DNA of 64,000 nt, from the NCBI GenBank assembly GCA_038997165.1, contig JAWBAK010000001.1, positions 408,917 through 472,916 of the forward strand, in the 5' to 3' direction. The notes below the pieces were generated by a model. It was not told the origin of the DNA, did no database searches, and saw nothing but the letters and a program-made list of their open reading frames with translations. This stretch comes from Candidatus Aenigmatarchaeota archaeon (lineage in GTDB: Archaea > Aenigmatarchaeota > Aenigmatarchaeia > CG10238-14 > SpSt-28). Position 1 is the first letter of the stretch, and each line of letters opens with the position of its first letter. The translations under genes were made by a program, and so were the position numbers. Positions 19,208 through 29,383 of the stretch are shown in pieces.

Positions 19208-20233
19208 ATGGGAGTAAATATAAAGGATTTAGTTGAAGATATAAAGCAAGAAGTAGAATTAAATTCACTATCGAATAAAATAATAGCAATTGATGCTTAC
19301 AACACTCTTTATCAATTTTTATCTATAATAAGAGATAAAGATACTGGCGAGCCATTAAGGGATTCTAAAGGTAGAATAACTTCTCATATTTCTGGAATTT
19401 TTTATAGAACTATAAATTTATTAGAAAATGGTATTAAACCAATATATGTATTTGATGGTGAGCCACCAAAATTTAAATTAAAAGAAATTGAAAAAAGGCA
19501 AAAAATGAAAGAAGAAGCATTTAAGAAATGGCAAGAAGCATTAGAAAAAGGGGAAGAAGCAATAACATATGCTCAAGCAGCTAGCATATTGACTAAGGAA
19601 ATGGTTGAAGAAACAAAAGAATTGCTAAATTATATGGGTTTACCATATGTTCAAGCAAAAAGCGAGGGAGAGGCTCAAACAGCTTATTTAGTTAATAAAG
19701 GTTATGCTTATGCATCTGCATCTCAAGATTATGATTCTTTACTTTTTGGATCAACAAGATTAATAAGAAATTTAAATCTTACTGGAAAAAGAAAGTTACC
19801 AAAAAAAGAAATTTATGTAGAAATAAAACCAGAAATAATAGAACTTAATACTTTACTTCAAAAATATAGAATAACAAGAGAACAATTAATTCTTATTGGA
19901 ATAATTGTTGGTTGCGATTATTTTGAAGGTGTTAAAGGTTATGGACCAAAAAAAGCATTGGAATTAGTTAGGGAATTAAAGACTTTTGAAAGAATTAAAA
20001 ATTATTTAAAATTGCCAGACGAAGTTGAAGAGATTTATAATTTCTTTTTAAATCCTGAAGTAGAAGAAAAATTTGAAATTACTTTTAAACCTATGGATAA
20101 AGAAAAAATAATTAAGTTTATGGTAGAAGAAAGAAATTTTAGTGAAGAAAGAGTTTTAAATGCATTAGAAAAATTAGAAGAAGCCTCTAAAAAATCAAGG
20201 CAAACATCATTATCTTTATGGTTTAAAAAGTAA
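19208..20233 (+). CDS. fen: Flap endonuclease 1
   Basis: MGV start, IAIDAYNTLYQFLSIIR, YVFDG, EGEAQ, SQDYDSLLFG, GCDY, C-terminal PIP box QTSLSLWF. Confidence 0.98.
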   Translation: MGVNIKDLVEDIKQEVELNSLSNKIIAIDAYNTLYQFLSIIRDKDTGEPLRDSKGRITSHISGIFYRTINLLENGIKPIYVFDGEPPKFKLKEIEKRQKMKEEAFKKWQEALEKGEEAITYAQAASILTKEMVEETKELLNYMGLPYVQAKSEGEAQTAYLVNKGYAYASASQDYDSLLFGSTRLIRNLNLTGKRKLPKKEIYVEIKPEIIELNTLLQKYRITREQLILIGIIVGCDYFEGVKGYGPKKALELVRELKTFERIKNYLKLPDEVEEIYNFFLNPEVEEKFEITFKPMDKEKIIKFMVEERNFSEERVLNALEKLEEASKKSRQTSLSLWFKK

Positions 20234-20289
20234 GTAATCAATAAAGATAAACCAAAAAGTATAAATATATATTTTAACATATATGAATT

Positions 20290-20811
20290 ATGGATGAGGA
20301 ATTCGAACTTTTACCTTCTACACCATTAAGAAGATTAGAAAGAAGATTAGAAAGATTAGAGCAGGAAATTAATAAAAAAAGTGGAGAAACATTTCTAAAA
20401 GAAATAGTTGATATAATAAAAGTTAATCAACTAATAATTGATGAAGTTGTAAAATCTAACGAAGCTTTAAAATTAGAAATTTCTAAGTTATATCCAAAAT
20501 TAGATTCTTTAGTAGTTCAAATGAATGAATTATTGAACTTTATAAAATCTTCCGTTTTTCAGGAAACAATAGGTACAGAAGCGTTTAGACCATTGATAAA
20601 GAAAATGTCAGAAATTTCTGAAGGAATTAAAACATTGGTTGAAGTGAATAAACAAACAACAGAACAATTAAAAAGTCTAGAAAATAAAATAGATAAAAAA
20701 TTAACTTTATTAACATCTTCTGAAGAAAAACCAAAACCTTCTATGCCTTTAGAACTTCAGCAAATTAAAATACCTATAAAGAAAGAATCTTTAATACCTC
20801 TAGAAAAATAA
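20290..20811 (+). CDS. Coiled-coil hypothetical protein upstream of the pilus cluster
   Basis: EFELLPSTPLRRLERRLERLE start, heptad pattern, Pro-rich tail. Confidence 0.7.
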   Translation: MDEEFELLPSTPLRRLERRLERLEQEINKKSGETFLKEIVDIIKVNQLIIDEVVKSNEALKLEISKLYPKLDSLVVQMNELLNFIKSSVFQETIGTEAFRPLIKKMSEISEGIKTLVEVNKQTTEQLKSLENKIDKKLTLLTSSEEKPKPSMPLELQQIKIPIKKESLIPLEK

Positions 20812-20832
20812 TTATTTAATATTTAATATTTT

Positions 20833-21447
20833 ATGAAAACAATTTCAGAAATTATTTCCTATCTTTTAATTATTTTACTAATTTTTTCTTTAATTTCTCT
20901 AATTCTTTTTTGGGGATTGCCTTATTTACAAAAAAGACAGGATGAAATGAAAGTAAATTTAATTTTTAATGATTTATTTAGCGAGGAATCTTCAAATTCC
21001 ATAGTAAACAAAATGAAAAACTCTCTATTTAGAAAAACAGAAGAAAAAATTGGTGGTTATGATGGTTCTTGGAATATTACTGTTGCTAATTTTGTAATTA
21101 ATGATCCAAGTAGTATAATTTTTTATTTTGTTTCGAAGGTTTCTCCTGTAAATTCTGGAGAATGGATTACAATTTATGGTTGTGGAAAAGAAATATGCGA
21201 AATTCATGAAGGTTTTTATGATGTAAAAATATCTTCTGAAAGAATAGGAGATAGTTTTATAGTAAAGTATGGTGTTTTCTTAAAAAAGTTAAGAATGAAA
21301 GATAAAATATATAATATAACATTTAATGTTACAAATTTCAATCCTAATATTAGATCATATTATTTTCCGACAAAATTTATTTATTTATCTAGTGAAATAA
21401 GAGATATAAATGAAAAAGAAGGAATAATTATTTTTTGGGTTAGATAA
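20833..21447 (+). CDS. Type IV pilin-like protein
   Basis: MKT-ISEIISYLLIILLIFSLISLILFWG: class III signal-like N-terminus with hydrophobic helix; next to a secretion ATPase. Confidence 0.7.
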   Translation: MKTISEIISYLLIILLIFSLISLILFWGLPYLQKRQDEMKVNLIFNDLFSEESSNSIVNKMKNSLFRKTEEKIGGYDGSWNITVANFVINDPSSIIFYFVSKVSPVNSGEWITIYGCGKEICEIHEGFYDVKISSERIGDSFIVKYGVFLKKLRMKDKIYNITFNVTNFNPNIRSYYFPTKFIYLSSEIRDINEKEGIIIFWVR

Positions 21448-21450
21448 AAA

Positions 21451-21879
21451 ATGAAATTTCAAGCCGAAATAATTTCCTATTTATTTTTTGTTCTTCTTAT
21501 ATTTACTATTTCATCCTTTTTAATATATTACTTTTCTTTTTTAAGCGGTTTTATTTCTAAAAGTTTTAACAAATTAAACTTGTATTCAATATTAAATGTT
21601 TTCGAATCTCCTATATTAATTTTTAATTCTATTTGTGATTATTGTAAAGTTAACTATATTTTTAATATTAATACTTCTAGAGCTCATAATTTTCTTATTT
21701 TAATTTCTTCAAATAATTCTGAAATAAAATATGAAGAACTATATTCTTCTTCTATTATTTCTTCAAAACTTTTTAATTATTCTAAAAATTTTACATACGA
21801 TATTTATGCAACTTCGACAAAAAGAATTTTTTTTGAAATTAACAAAATAAATAATATTATAACTGTAAAAAATATATAA
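21451..21879 (+). CDS. Type IV pilin-like protein
   Basis: MKF-QAEIISYLFFVLLIF: class III signal-like N-terminus; gene context. Confidence 0.65.
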   Translation: MKFQAEIISYLFFVLLIFTISSFLIYYFSFLSGFISKSFNKLNLYSILNVFESPILIFNSICDYCKVNYIFNINTSRAHNFLILISSNNSEIKYEELYSSSIISSKLFNYSKNFTYDIYATSTKRIFFEINKINNIITVKNI

Positions 21880-21919
21880 AAAAGATTAATATTAAAGTTA
21901 AACTAATAAATTAATATTT

Positions 21920-23605
21920 ATGGTAATTGGAAAAAAATTATTAAGAGGTGTAAAAACATATTTTGAATTGCAAACACCAGTTATTCTTTCTCGAATGAAT
22001 GCTATGATAGAGGCAAAAATGAAAGCAAAAATTAAGGCATTAAGAAAAAGAATAGAAAAAAAATCTATAGAAAAAAAGAAAGAAGCAGAGTATCCAGGTA
22101 TAGAAGTTCCATATTATTTTTTTGAATTTCTGGAGGAAGAAATAAAAAAAGAAGGAATAATAGAAGAATATCCAATAGTAGTTAGAGATGGAAAGACTTT
22201 AGCTTTAGTAAGAATATTTTTTGAAAAAGGAAAGTATATTTATAATGTTATTGAACCAGAATTAAATGAAAAAGAAAAACAAATTCTTAAGGAATTAAAA
22301 GAAAAAATTTTAATCTTTTTGGGAGAAAAATTTGAATTACCATATGAGCAAGAAGTTAAAGAAATATTCTCAGCTTTAATAAAGAATTATTCATTATCTA
22401 AAGAGGAAATTGATAAAATATGGTATTATATAGAAAGGGATTTAATTGGTTATGGAGTTATAGATGTCTTAATGAAAGATCCTAATATAGAAGATATTAG
22501 TTGTGACGGTTTATCAATTCCAATATTTATAGTTCATAAAAATCCGAAACTAGGAAGTATTCAAACGAATATAATTATCAATAATAGAGAGGAATTAGAT
22601 TCGCTAGTAATTAGATTAGCACAAAAATGTGGAAAGGCAATAAATTTAGCTCAACCTTTAGTTGATGGGATATTACCAGATGGAAGTAGATTACAAGCAA
22701 CTTTAGAAACTGATATAGCTATAAGAGGTTCTAATTTTACAATTAGAAAATTTCCAAAAAAAGTTCTAACACCAATAGATTTAATTAAATCAAAAACAAT
22801 AGACGCATTATCATTAGCTTATTTATGGTTTTGTATAGATTATGGAAGAAATATATTAATTTCTGGTGGTACTGGTACTGGTAAAACTACATTATTAAAT
22901 GTAATTTCATCTTTTATAAAATATGAAAAGAAAATAGTTTCTATAGAAGATACTCCAGAAATTAAATTACCACATACTCATTGGATTCAACATGTTGCAA
23001 GAGTTTCTATTTCTACTGGAAAAGAAGGTGAAGTAGATTTGTTTGAATTAATAAGAGCTGCTTTAAGACAAAGACCAGATTACATAATAGTTGGAGAAGT
23101 TAGAGGAGCAGAGGCAAATGTTCTATTTCAAGGAATGGCAACTGGTCATACAGGCTTAGCTACTATACATGCAGAAGATATGATTAAATTAATAGATAGA
23201 TTAAAAACAAAACCAATAGAGTTAAGCCCTTCTTTAATAGAAATTTTAGATTTAGTTATTTTTGTAAAAAGATTATTTTATAAAGATAAAATTACAAGAA
23301 GAGTTTCTGATATAGTAGAAATTTTAGCCGCAGATGAAAAAAAAGTTTATTATAGAAATGTTTTTAGATGGGATCCATTTGAGGATAAATTTAAAATAAC
23401 TTCTAAAAGTTATACTCTTTATAAAATTTCTCAAAGCTTTGGTTTATCAGAAAGTGAAATTAAAGAAGAAATACTAAATAGAGCTAAAGTATTAGATTTT
23501 ATGTATAAAAACGATATAAGAGATTTAGAAAGTTTCTATAAAATAGTTAATCTTTATCATATAAATAAAGAAGCCTTATTAGAATATATTTCTACATTTC
23601 TATGA
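21920..23605 (+). CDS. Type II/IV secretion (pilus assembly) ATPase, VirB11/TadA/FlaI family
   Basis: DPNIEDISCDG, LPDGSRLQ, FTIRKF, GGTGTGKTT, SIEDTPE, ALRQRPDYIIVGEVRG, TGH..TIHA. Confidence 0.95.
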   Translation: MVIGKKLLRGVKTYFELQTPVILSRMNAMIEAKMKAKIKALRKRIEKKSIEKKKEAEYPGIEVPYYFFEFLEEEIKKEGIIEEYPIVVRDGKTLALVRIFFEKGKYIYNVIEPELNEKEKQILKELKEKILIFLGEKFELPYEQEVKEIFSALIKNYSLSKEEIDKIWYYIERDLIGYGVIDVLMKDPNIEDISCDGLSIPIFIVHKNPKLGSIQTNIIINNREELDSLVIRLAQKCGKAINLAQPLVDGILPDGSRLQATLETDIAIRGSNFTIRKFPKKVLTPIDLIKSKTIDALSLAYLWFCIDYGRNILISGGTGTGKTTLLNVISSFIKYEKKIVSIEDTPEIKLPHTHWIQHVARVSISTGKEGEVDLFELIRAALRQRPDYIIVGEVRGAEANVLFQGMATGHTGLATIHAEDMIKLIDRLKTKPIELSPSLIEILDLVIFVKRLFYKDKITRRVSDIVEILAADEKKVYYRNVFRWDPFEDKFKITSKSYTLYKISQSFGLSESEIKEEILNRAKVLDFMYKNDIRDLESFYKIVNLYHINKEALLEYISTFL

Positions 23606-24462
23606 TTACTCAATCTGCATCACTTTTTTATGAATCTTTTCCAGGTTTAATCGATTTTGTAAAGAGTTATTTTGAAAATTTACCAAGAGAATTAAAGGTT
23701 TTAAGATATAAAGAATCAGCTGAGTTTTATATAGCTAAAAGTATAGCTATTGCATTTTTAACTTTTTCTTTTTCAATAACTTTTTTAACAATATTTCTAA
23801 ATGTATTAATTAAAGACATTATTTCATCTCTTTCTATATCTTTTTTATTTTCATCTATTTTGGGTGTTTTTATTTTTTTAATTTATATAAAATTACCATC
23901 TATAAAAATAAGTAATTTATCGAGAGCTATAGATAGAGAATTACATGAATCTCTTTATACTTTTAGTATTTTTGTAAATGACAAAACTCCATTACATATA
24001 TCAATAAACAACTTTATTAGATCAAATCCACAATATAAACTTTCTAAAGAACTTAACGATATAATAAAACTAATGGAATTTGGAGGCTTAGATATTTTAT
24101 CAGCAATAGATAAAAAAATAGAATTAACTCCTTCTACAAAATTAACAAGATTTTTGTTTGGATTATCATCGACAATAAAAAGCGGTGGAAGTATTAAAAA
24201 TTATGTATCTACATTTGCAAAAGATGAAATTGAAGAATATAGAAATAAAATAAGAGAAAGTGGAAGAAAGGCTGCTATGATTATTCAAATTTATTTGATA
24301 GCTTTAGTAATGGGGGGAATGTTTGTTAATCTTATTATTTCTATTTTTTCATTGGTTCAACCAATGGAAGGAATTATAGAAATTCAATTTTTCTTGAGTT
24401 TTATTCTTATACCTTTAGTTAGTTTAATGATAGCTCAATTAATTAAAACAATAGTAATATGA
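23602..24462 (+). CDS. Pilus platform membrane protein (TadC/FlaJ, T2SS-F family)
   Basis: TM pairs flanking a soluble helical domain (LSKELNDIIKLMEFGGLD...TIKSGGS); ATGA overlap with the ATPase. Confidence 0.85.
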   Translation: MITQSASLFYESFPGLIDFVKSYFENLPRELKVLRYKESAEFYIAKSIAIAFLTFSFSITFLTIFLNVLIKDIISSLSISFLFSSILGVFIFLIYIKLPSIKISNLSRAIDRELHESLYTFSIFVNDKTPLHISINNFIRSNPQYKLSKELNDIIKLMEFGGLDILSAIDKKIELTPSTKLTRFLFGLSSTIKSGGSIKNYVSTFAKDEIEEYRNKIRESGRKAAMIIQIYLIALVMGGMFVNLIISIFSLVQPMEGIIEIQFFLSFILIPLVSLMIAQLIKTIVI

Positions 24463-25364
24463 TAACAAAAATTTTAAAATTTTCGATACCAATATTTTTA
24501 GTAATTGCGATTATTATTTACTTTTTCGATCCAACTTCTATTATACCGCTCTTTTTAGTATTTTTATTTTTTCATTTAATTTTATTAGGATATGATATAT
24601 TAAAAAAAGAGCTTGAAATATCTTTAGCTGATAGATATTTTCCGGTTTTTTTTAAGAATTTGTCAAGAAGTGTAGAAGTTGGTATTGCACCAATTAAAGC
24701 TATAATAGAAATATGTAAAGAAAGATATGGAGAAATAACAAAATATTTTAGAGTTTTTAAAAGAAAGTTAGAAGCGGGAATAGATATAGATAATGCCTTT
24801 AATTATTTAATAAATATTTTTAAAAAGAATAGAAAAATTTCAAATTCTCTTCAAATTTTAAAGTATGAATTAAAAAGTGGTTATGGATTAAAAGAAGCTA
24901 TAGACTCTATCTATGATTATATATTAAAAATTGTTGAAGTTGAAAGAGAAAGAAAAGTTATTGTTTCACAATTTACAATAATGTTTTATGCAATATCATT
25001 TATTTTTGCAGTAATAATTTTTGTTTTAATAAAAGTTCTTACTCCAATATATTCTCAATTCTTAGAAACTTCTGAGTCTGCACAACCTATATGTTTATTT
25101 TATGAGGAAATTATGTCTTTTAGAGATTTTATATGTAGCTTATATATTTCTGAAGCTAGAATATTCAAAAAAGAATTTAAAGTATCTGAAGCTTATATTT
25201 TTTCTGTTTTATTAAATATTTCATTATTACAAGCAATTTTTTCTGGTATAATAATAGGTTATGGAGCTGAAAGAAGTATTGCAAAATCTATTTTACATTC
25301 TTCAATCCTTTTTATTATAATCTTTTTATTCTTTTTTACTTTAGGAAAAATAGGAATGTTATGA
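24459..25364 (+). CDS. Second pilus platform membrane protein (TadB/TadC, T2SS-F family)
   Basis: FPVFFKNLSRSVEVG...YGE...LEAG; C-terminal QAIFSGIIIG. Confidence 0.85.
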   Translation: MITKILKFSIPIFLVIAIIIYFFDPTSIIPLFLVFLFFHLILLGYDILKKELEISLADRYFPVFFKNLSRSVEVGIAPIKAIIEICKERYGEITKYFRVFKRKLEAGIDIDNAFNYLINIFKKNRKISNSLQILKYELKSGYGLKEAIDSIYDYILKIVEVERERKVIVSQFTIMFYAISFIFAVIIFVLIKVLTPIYSQFLETSESAQPICLFYEEIMSFRDFICSLYISEARIFKKEFKVSEAYIFSVLLNISLLQAIFSGIIIGYGAERSIAKSILHSSILFIIIFLFFFTLGKIGML

Positions 25365-25789
25365 AACTTCAAAGCTTTATAGATTATTTAATTTCAATCT
25401 CAACATTTTTCATAGTTCTTTTTGTTGTTTTATTTTTTTCAATCTCAACATTTTTTAATATAATAGATAAATATTCTTTTGAATTATCTCTTTTAAGATC
25501 TTTTACAATTTCTCAGCAACTAATTTTTTATAATGGCTCTTCTGATTTAAAAGATATTATTGGTTTAAGTACAGGAAGATATAATGAAATAAATTATTCG
25601 AAGTTGCAATCTTTTATAAATAATTGCAACAATAATAAAAAAGTTATAAATGAATTATTTTTATCTTCTGATTTTTATATAAGTATAGATAATTTTAAAT
25701 GTAATACTATTACAGGGATACCAACTATAAAAAGAATTGTTGTAATTAATAATCAAATTAAAATTTTTGAAATAGGAATAAAAATATGA
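25361..25789 (+). CDS. Type IV pilin-like protein
   Basis: MKL-QSFIDYLISISTFFIVL; GL.......K motif and terminal IKRIVVI strand like those of archaeal minor pilins. Confidence 0.7.
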   Translation: MKLQSFIDYLISISTFFIVLFVVLFFSISTFFNIIDKYSFELSLLRSFTISQQLIFYNGSSDLKDIIGLSTGRYNEINYSKLQSFINNCNNNKKVINELFLSSDFYISIDNFKCNTITGIPTIKRIVVINNQIKIFEIGIKI

Positions 25790-26808
25790 AAATGAAATTA
25801 CAATTTTCAACATATGATGCTATTCTTGCATCTTCGATTCTTATCGTATTTTTTATAGTTTTATATTTTTCTATTCCTAAAATAGAGTTTTCTAGGGAAA
25901 AATACTTAAAATTTATTTCTTATGATATTTTATTTGCAATAGATAAAATATATAAAATCGATATAAGGTATGAAAATTTGAAAAGTATAATTTATCAAAT
26001 TTTATTTATTAATTTATCAATTCCTCCAGATTTTTTAATTGCTGATTATGGTTTATGGAAGAGTGAAATTAATATTTCATGCATTTGTGATCAAGAAATA
26101 ATTCTTTTACTTAATAACATTTATAGAAACATAGAAATTAATGGAAGAAATATTAGTATAAATTTTTTTCCAACAGATTTTCCTTTAACAAAAACAGATT
26201 TTGAGAGGCACGGATTGTTAATTTTTGGATGCAACGAAAGATTATCTGATTATTTAACAGATTTAAAAATGTATTCAACTGTAAATGGAATTTTATTTAT
26301 TTGCGATATTAATAGTACTTATTTTTCTAGGCATCAAATTGCACTTTCTTCTCTTTTTAACTTAACTATAGGAAATAATAATGGAAATGTAAATGCCATT
26401 CTAATAAAACCTCCTTATGGTTATTCAGCTTCTTATAAGGCATATAAAATTTTAAAATATCAATATGGATTTTCTGAAAATGCTCAATTAACTCTTTTGA
26501 ATTCAAATATAGTAGTTGCTCCAAACGAAAATAATATGTATCTTTTTAGACAACAAAATTCTAATATAGCAGCAATTACTTTAACATATTTTGGAAAAAA
26601 TATTATTGGATGGTCCGTTAACTTTTATAGAGATAAATATTTAGATGAAAATGAAACTAAAATTTTATTATCTCTTATTCTTTCAATAGTTTCTCTTAAA
26701 GAACCAATTATAATAGAAAGATATAGAACAAATTTAATACCTTACGTATCTTTTCACTATAATAAATTTTTAGAACCTTTTATATTATATTTTAGTATTG
26801 CTTCTTAA
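25786..26808 (+). CDS. Larger pilin-like or adhesin protein
   Basis: MKMKL-QFSTYDAILASSILIVFFIVL; last gene of the pilus operon. Confidence 0.65.
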   Translation: MKMKLQFSTYDAILASSILIVFFIVLYFSIPKIEFSREKYLKFISYDILFAIDKIYKIDIRYENLKSIIYQILFINLSIPPDFLIADYGLWKSEINISCICDQEIILLLNNIYRNIEINGRNISINFFPTDFPLTKTDFERHGLLIFGCNERLSDYLTDLKMYSTVNGILFICDINSTYFSRHQIALSSLFNLTIGNNNGNVNAILIKPPYGYSASYKAYKILKYQYGFSENAQLTLLNSNIVVAPNENNMYLFRQQNSNIAAITLTYFGKNIIGWSVNFYRDKYLDENETKILLSLILSIVSLKEPIIIERYRTNLIPYVSFHYNKFLEPFILYFSIAS

Positions 26809-28670
26809 AGAATTCTTAAAGTTTCTAAATTTCTTGGTGCATAACTTTCTATTCCAAAAATTTTTTGATAAGTATTTGCTAAACTAATTGTTTTTGATTC
26901 TTCTCCATGAACGACAAAAATTCTTTTTGGTTTAGATGCTAAATTATTTACGTAAGCCAATAATTGTCTTCTATCAGAATGTCCGCTTAATCCCTTTAAA
27001 TATTTTATTTGCATATTAATTTTAAAAGTTCTAAAGCTTCCATTATCTTCTAGCTGAATTTCTTTAGATCCTTCTAAAATTTTTCTTCCTAATGTTCCTT
27101 GTGCTTGGAAACCTACAAATAATAAAACATTTCTTTCATCTTCGCATAATCTTTTAAAATATTCGATACTTGGTCCACCAGTTAACATTCCGCTTGTTGA
27201 AATTATAACAGCTGGTCTTTCTTCTAATATTTTTTCTCTTTCAGATTTTGTTGAAACTCTTCTAAATATATCTTTATTAAAAATTTTATCTTTTAAAATT
27301 AATTTTCTTCCATGTTTTCCTAGGTATTCTGGATATATCGTATATATACTTGTTGCATCCCAAATCATTCCATCAACAAATACTGGATATTCAAAATTTT
27401 CTCTTGCAAGTATTGCCATAATATCTTGTGCTCTTTCTACTGCAAAACTAGGAATTAATACTATTCCATTGTTTTTCATTGTTTCATTTATAATATTTAT
27501 TAGCTCTTTTTCACTTTCTTTTCTTTTTGGCATTATATCTTCTTTCGCTCCATATGTAGATTCTATTATTAATGTTTCTGCTCTTTTAAAATTAGTAAAT
27601 GCGGGATCTAATAAAGTTGTTTTATCAAATTTCTGATCTAGTGCATATATAATGTTATGTAATCCATCTCCTATATGCAAATGGATAATAGAAGAACCGA
27701 TTATATGGCCAGCATTTTGGAATGTTAATTTTACATCATTTGTAATATCTGTAACTTCATTGTATTCTAATGTTATTACTCTTTTCAAACTTTCTTTTAA
27801 TCCTTTTACTCCAAAAATAGGATTTATGGCATTTTTTTGCATTACATCTAGAAAATCAGTTATTAATAATGTATAAATATCTAAAGTTGGTTCAGTCATA
27901 TAAATTGGTGCATCTAATCCTAATTCGTATAAATATGGAATAAAACCTGCATGATCTAAATGAGCATGAGAGAGAATTAGACCATCTATAGAATTTAAAT
28001 CAAATTCCTTTACATTTAATATTGGAAAACCGTTTTCGTTATATATACCAGCTTTTATTCCACAATCTATCAATATGTTTGATTGAGGCGTTTCTACTAA
28101 TAAACAACTTCTACCAACTTCTCTAGCGCCTCCTAAAAATGTTATTCTTATCCAATATTTTTTAGTTGGTTTAACTACTAAAATTTTTTCTCCTATTTTT
28201 TGTAGAAATTTCTTTCTAAAATTTTCTTCTTCATGTACAAACTTTCTTACATTTGGAATTAATGCAGAAGGAATAGATGGAACTCTTTCAATTTTTGGCG
28301 TCCAAAACGTTTCGTTTTTAATTTTTTTAATATTTTCACCATCTTTACCGATGGCAATAGAGCTATTTTCTACTTCTATAAAAACTAAACTTCTACTTTC
28401 TTCAAAAACAATATCTTTTAAATTACTTTCTTTTGGAATAGTATTTTTTATAATTTCTATTGTATAGTTTTTATCTTTGCATAAAGTGGGATAAAATCTT
28501 ACTTCAATTCTTCTTTTTAATTGAGATATTAAATCTTTAATGTATTCAAATGGATTTTTAAAAAATTCTTCATTAGTTGTATAAATAATTATTTCTGCTC
28601 CTTCGAATGCTATTTCTTTTACAAATTCCTTAGGTAAACTACTCTTTATTTTTTCTTCTATTTCGTTCAT
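26805..28670 (-). CDS. fttA: Beta-CASP ribonuclease aCPSF1/FttA (KH domains plus metallo-beta-lactamase)
   Basis: FEGAEIIIY, IGKDG KH motif, LGGAREVGRS, SHAHLDH, NAGHIIGS, IESTYG, SGHSDR. Confidence 0.96.
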   Translation of the reverse strand: MNEIEEKIKSSLPKEFVKEIAFEGAEIIIYTTNEEFFKNPFEYIKDLISQLKRRIEVRFYPTLCKDKNYTIEIIKNTIPKESNLKDIVFEESRSLVFIEVENSSIAIGKDGENIKKIKNETFWTPKIERVPSIPSALIPNVRKFVHEEENFRKKFLQKIGEKILVVKPTKKYWIRITFLGGAREVGRSCLLVETPQSNILIDCGIKAGIYNENGFPILNVKEFDLNSIDGLILSHAHLDHAGFIPYLYELGLDAPIYMTEPTLDIYTLLITDFLDVMQKNAINPIFGVKGLKESLKRVITLEYNEVTDITNDVKLTFQNAGHIIGSSIIHLHIGDGLHNIIYALDQKFDKTTLLDPAFTNFKRAETLIIESTYGAKEDIMPKRKESEKELINIINETMKNNGIVLIPSFAVERAQDIMAILARENFEYPVFVDGMIWDATSIYTIYPEYLGKHGRKLILKDKIFNKDIFRRVSTKSEREKILEERPAVIISTSGMLTGGPSIEYFKRLCEDERNVLLFVGFQAQGTLGRKILEGSKEIQLEDNGSFRTFKINMQIKYLKGLSGHSDRRQLLAYVNNLASKPKRIFVVHGEESKTISLANTYQKIFGIESYAPRNLETLRIL

Positions 28671-28684
28671 AATTTTTTCAAAAA

Positions 28685-29299
28685 TTAAATTTGTATAGTT
28701 TCTATTTGAATACCCCTTTCTGTAATTATTGCAACATCAATACCTTTTCCACCAGAACCAATATCTCTCTCTATTGCAGCTTTAATTGCCTTTATTGCAA
28801 TATCTTTCGCTTCTTTTATATCTAAATTTTCTTTATATAATGCTTCTAAAACACCTAAAGCTATTGGACTTCCACTACCAGTTGCAAAAAACTTTTTTTC
28901 TTCTTCCATGCCACCAAGCATATCAAACGAATACATTTTAAAACCTTCGTATTCATCATATCCAGCTATTAATATCTGAACAAAAAATGGGAAAAATCTA
29001 TAGGAATTTAAAATATTTGATAAAAGTGTAGCAACTCCTCTTACAGAAATTTTTCTATTATTTTGAATTTCAAATAATTTTATTTCGGCTTTTAACCATC
29101 TAGCTAATGTTAAATTGTCCCCAACACTTCCTGCTGTTGTCATTATAATTCTATCATTTAATTTTATTATTTTTTCTGATTCTTTGCTTGCAACTAAATA
29201 TCCCATAGTAGATTTTTTTTCTGCAGCTATTACAATGCCCTCTTTACAAATAATTCCTAAAGTTGTAGTTCCACTTTTTAATTTTTCAAAAGTTTCCAT
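28685..29299 (-). CDS. psmB: Proteasome beta subunit
   Basis: Propeptide followed by GTTTLG, TGSGS, ERDIGSG; usual synteny with aCPSF1. Confidence 0.97.
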   Translation of the reverse strand: METFEKLKSGTTTLGIICKEGIVIAAEKKSTMGYLVASKESEKIIKLNDRIIMTTAGSVGDNLTLARWLKAEIKLFEIQNNRKISVRGVATLLSNILNSYRFFPFFVQILIAGYDEYEGFKMYSFDMLGGMEEEKKFFATGSGSPIALGVLEALYKENLDIKEAKDIAIKAIKAAIERDIGSGGKGIDVAIITERGIQIETIQI

Positions 29300-29383
29300 T
29301 AATATTTAATTGGAAAAACATTTAAATATTTTTATTTATATATTAACAAAACGATTTTTATATTTTAATTAAATAAAATTGTA

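Noticed and set aside
21920..25364. Archaellum (flaI/flaJ) operon
   Set aside because: No archaellins, FlaH or FlaF/G nearby; two short TadC-like genes plus pilin-like genes fit a type IV pilus better
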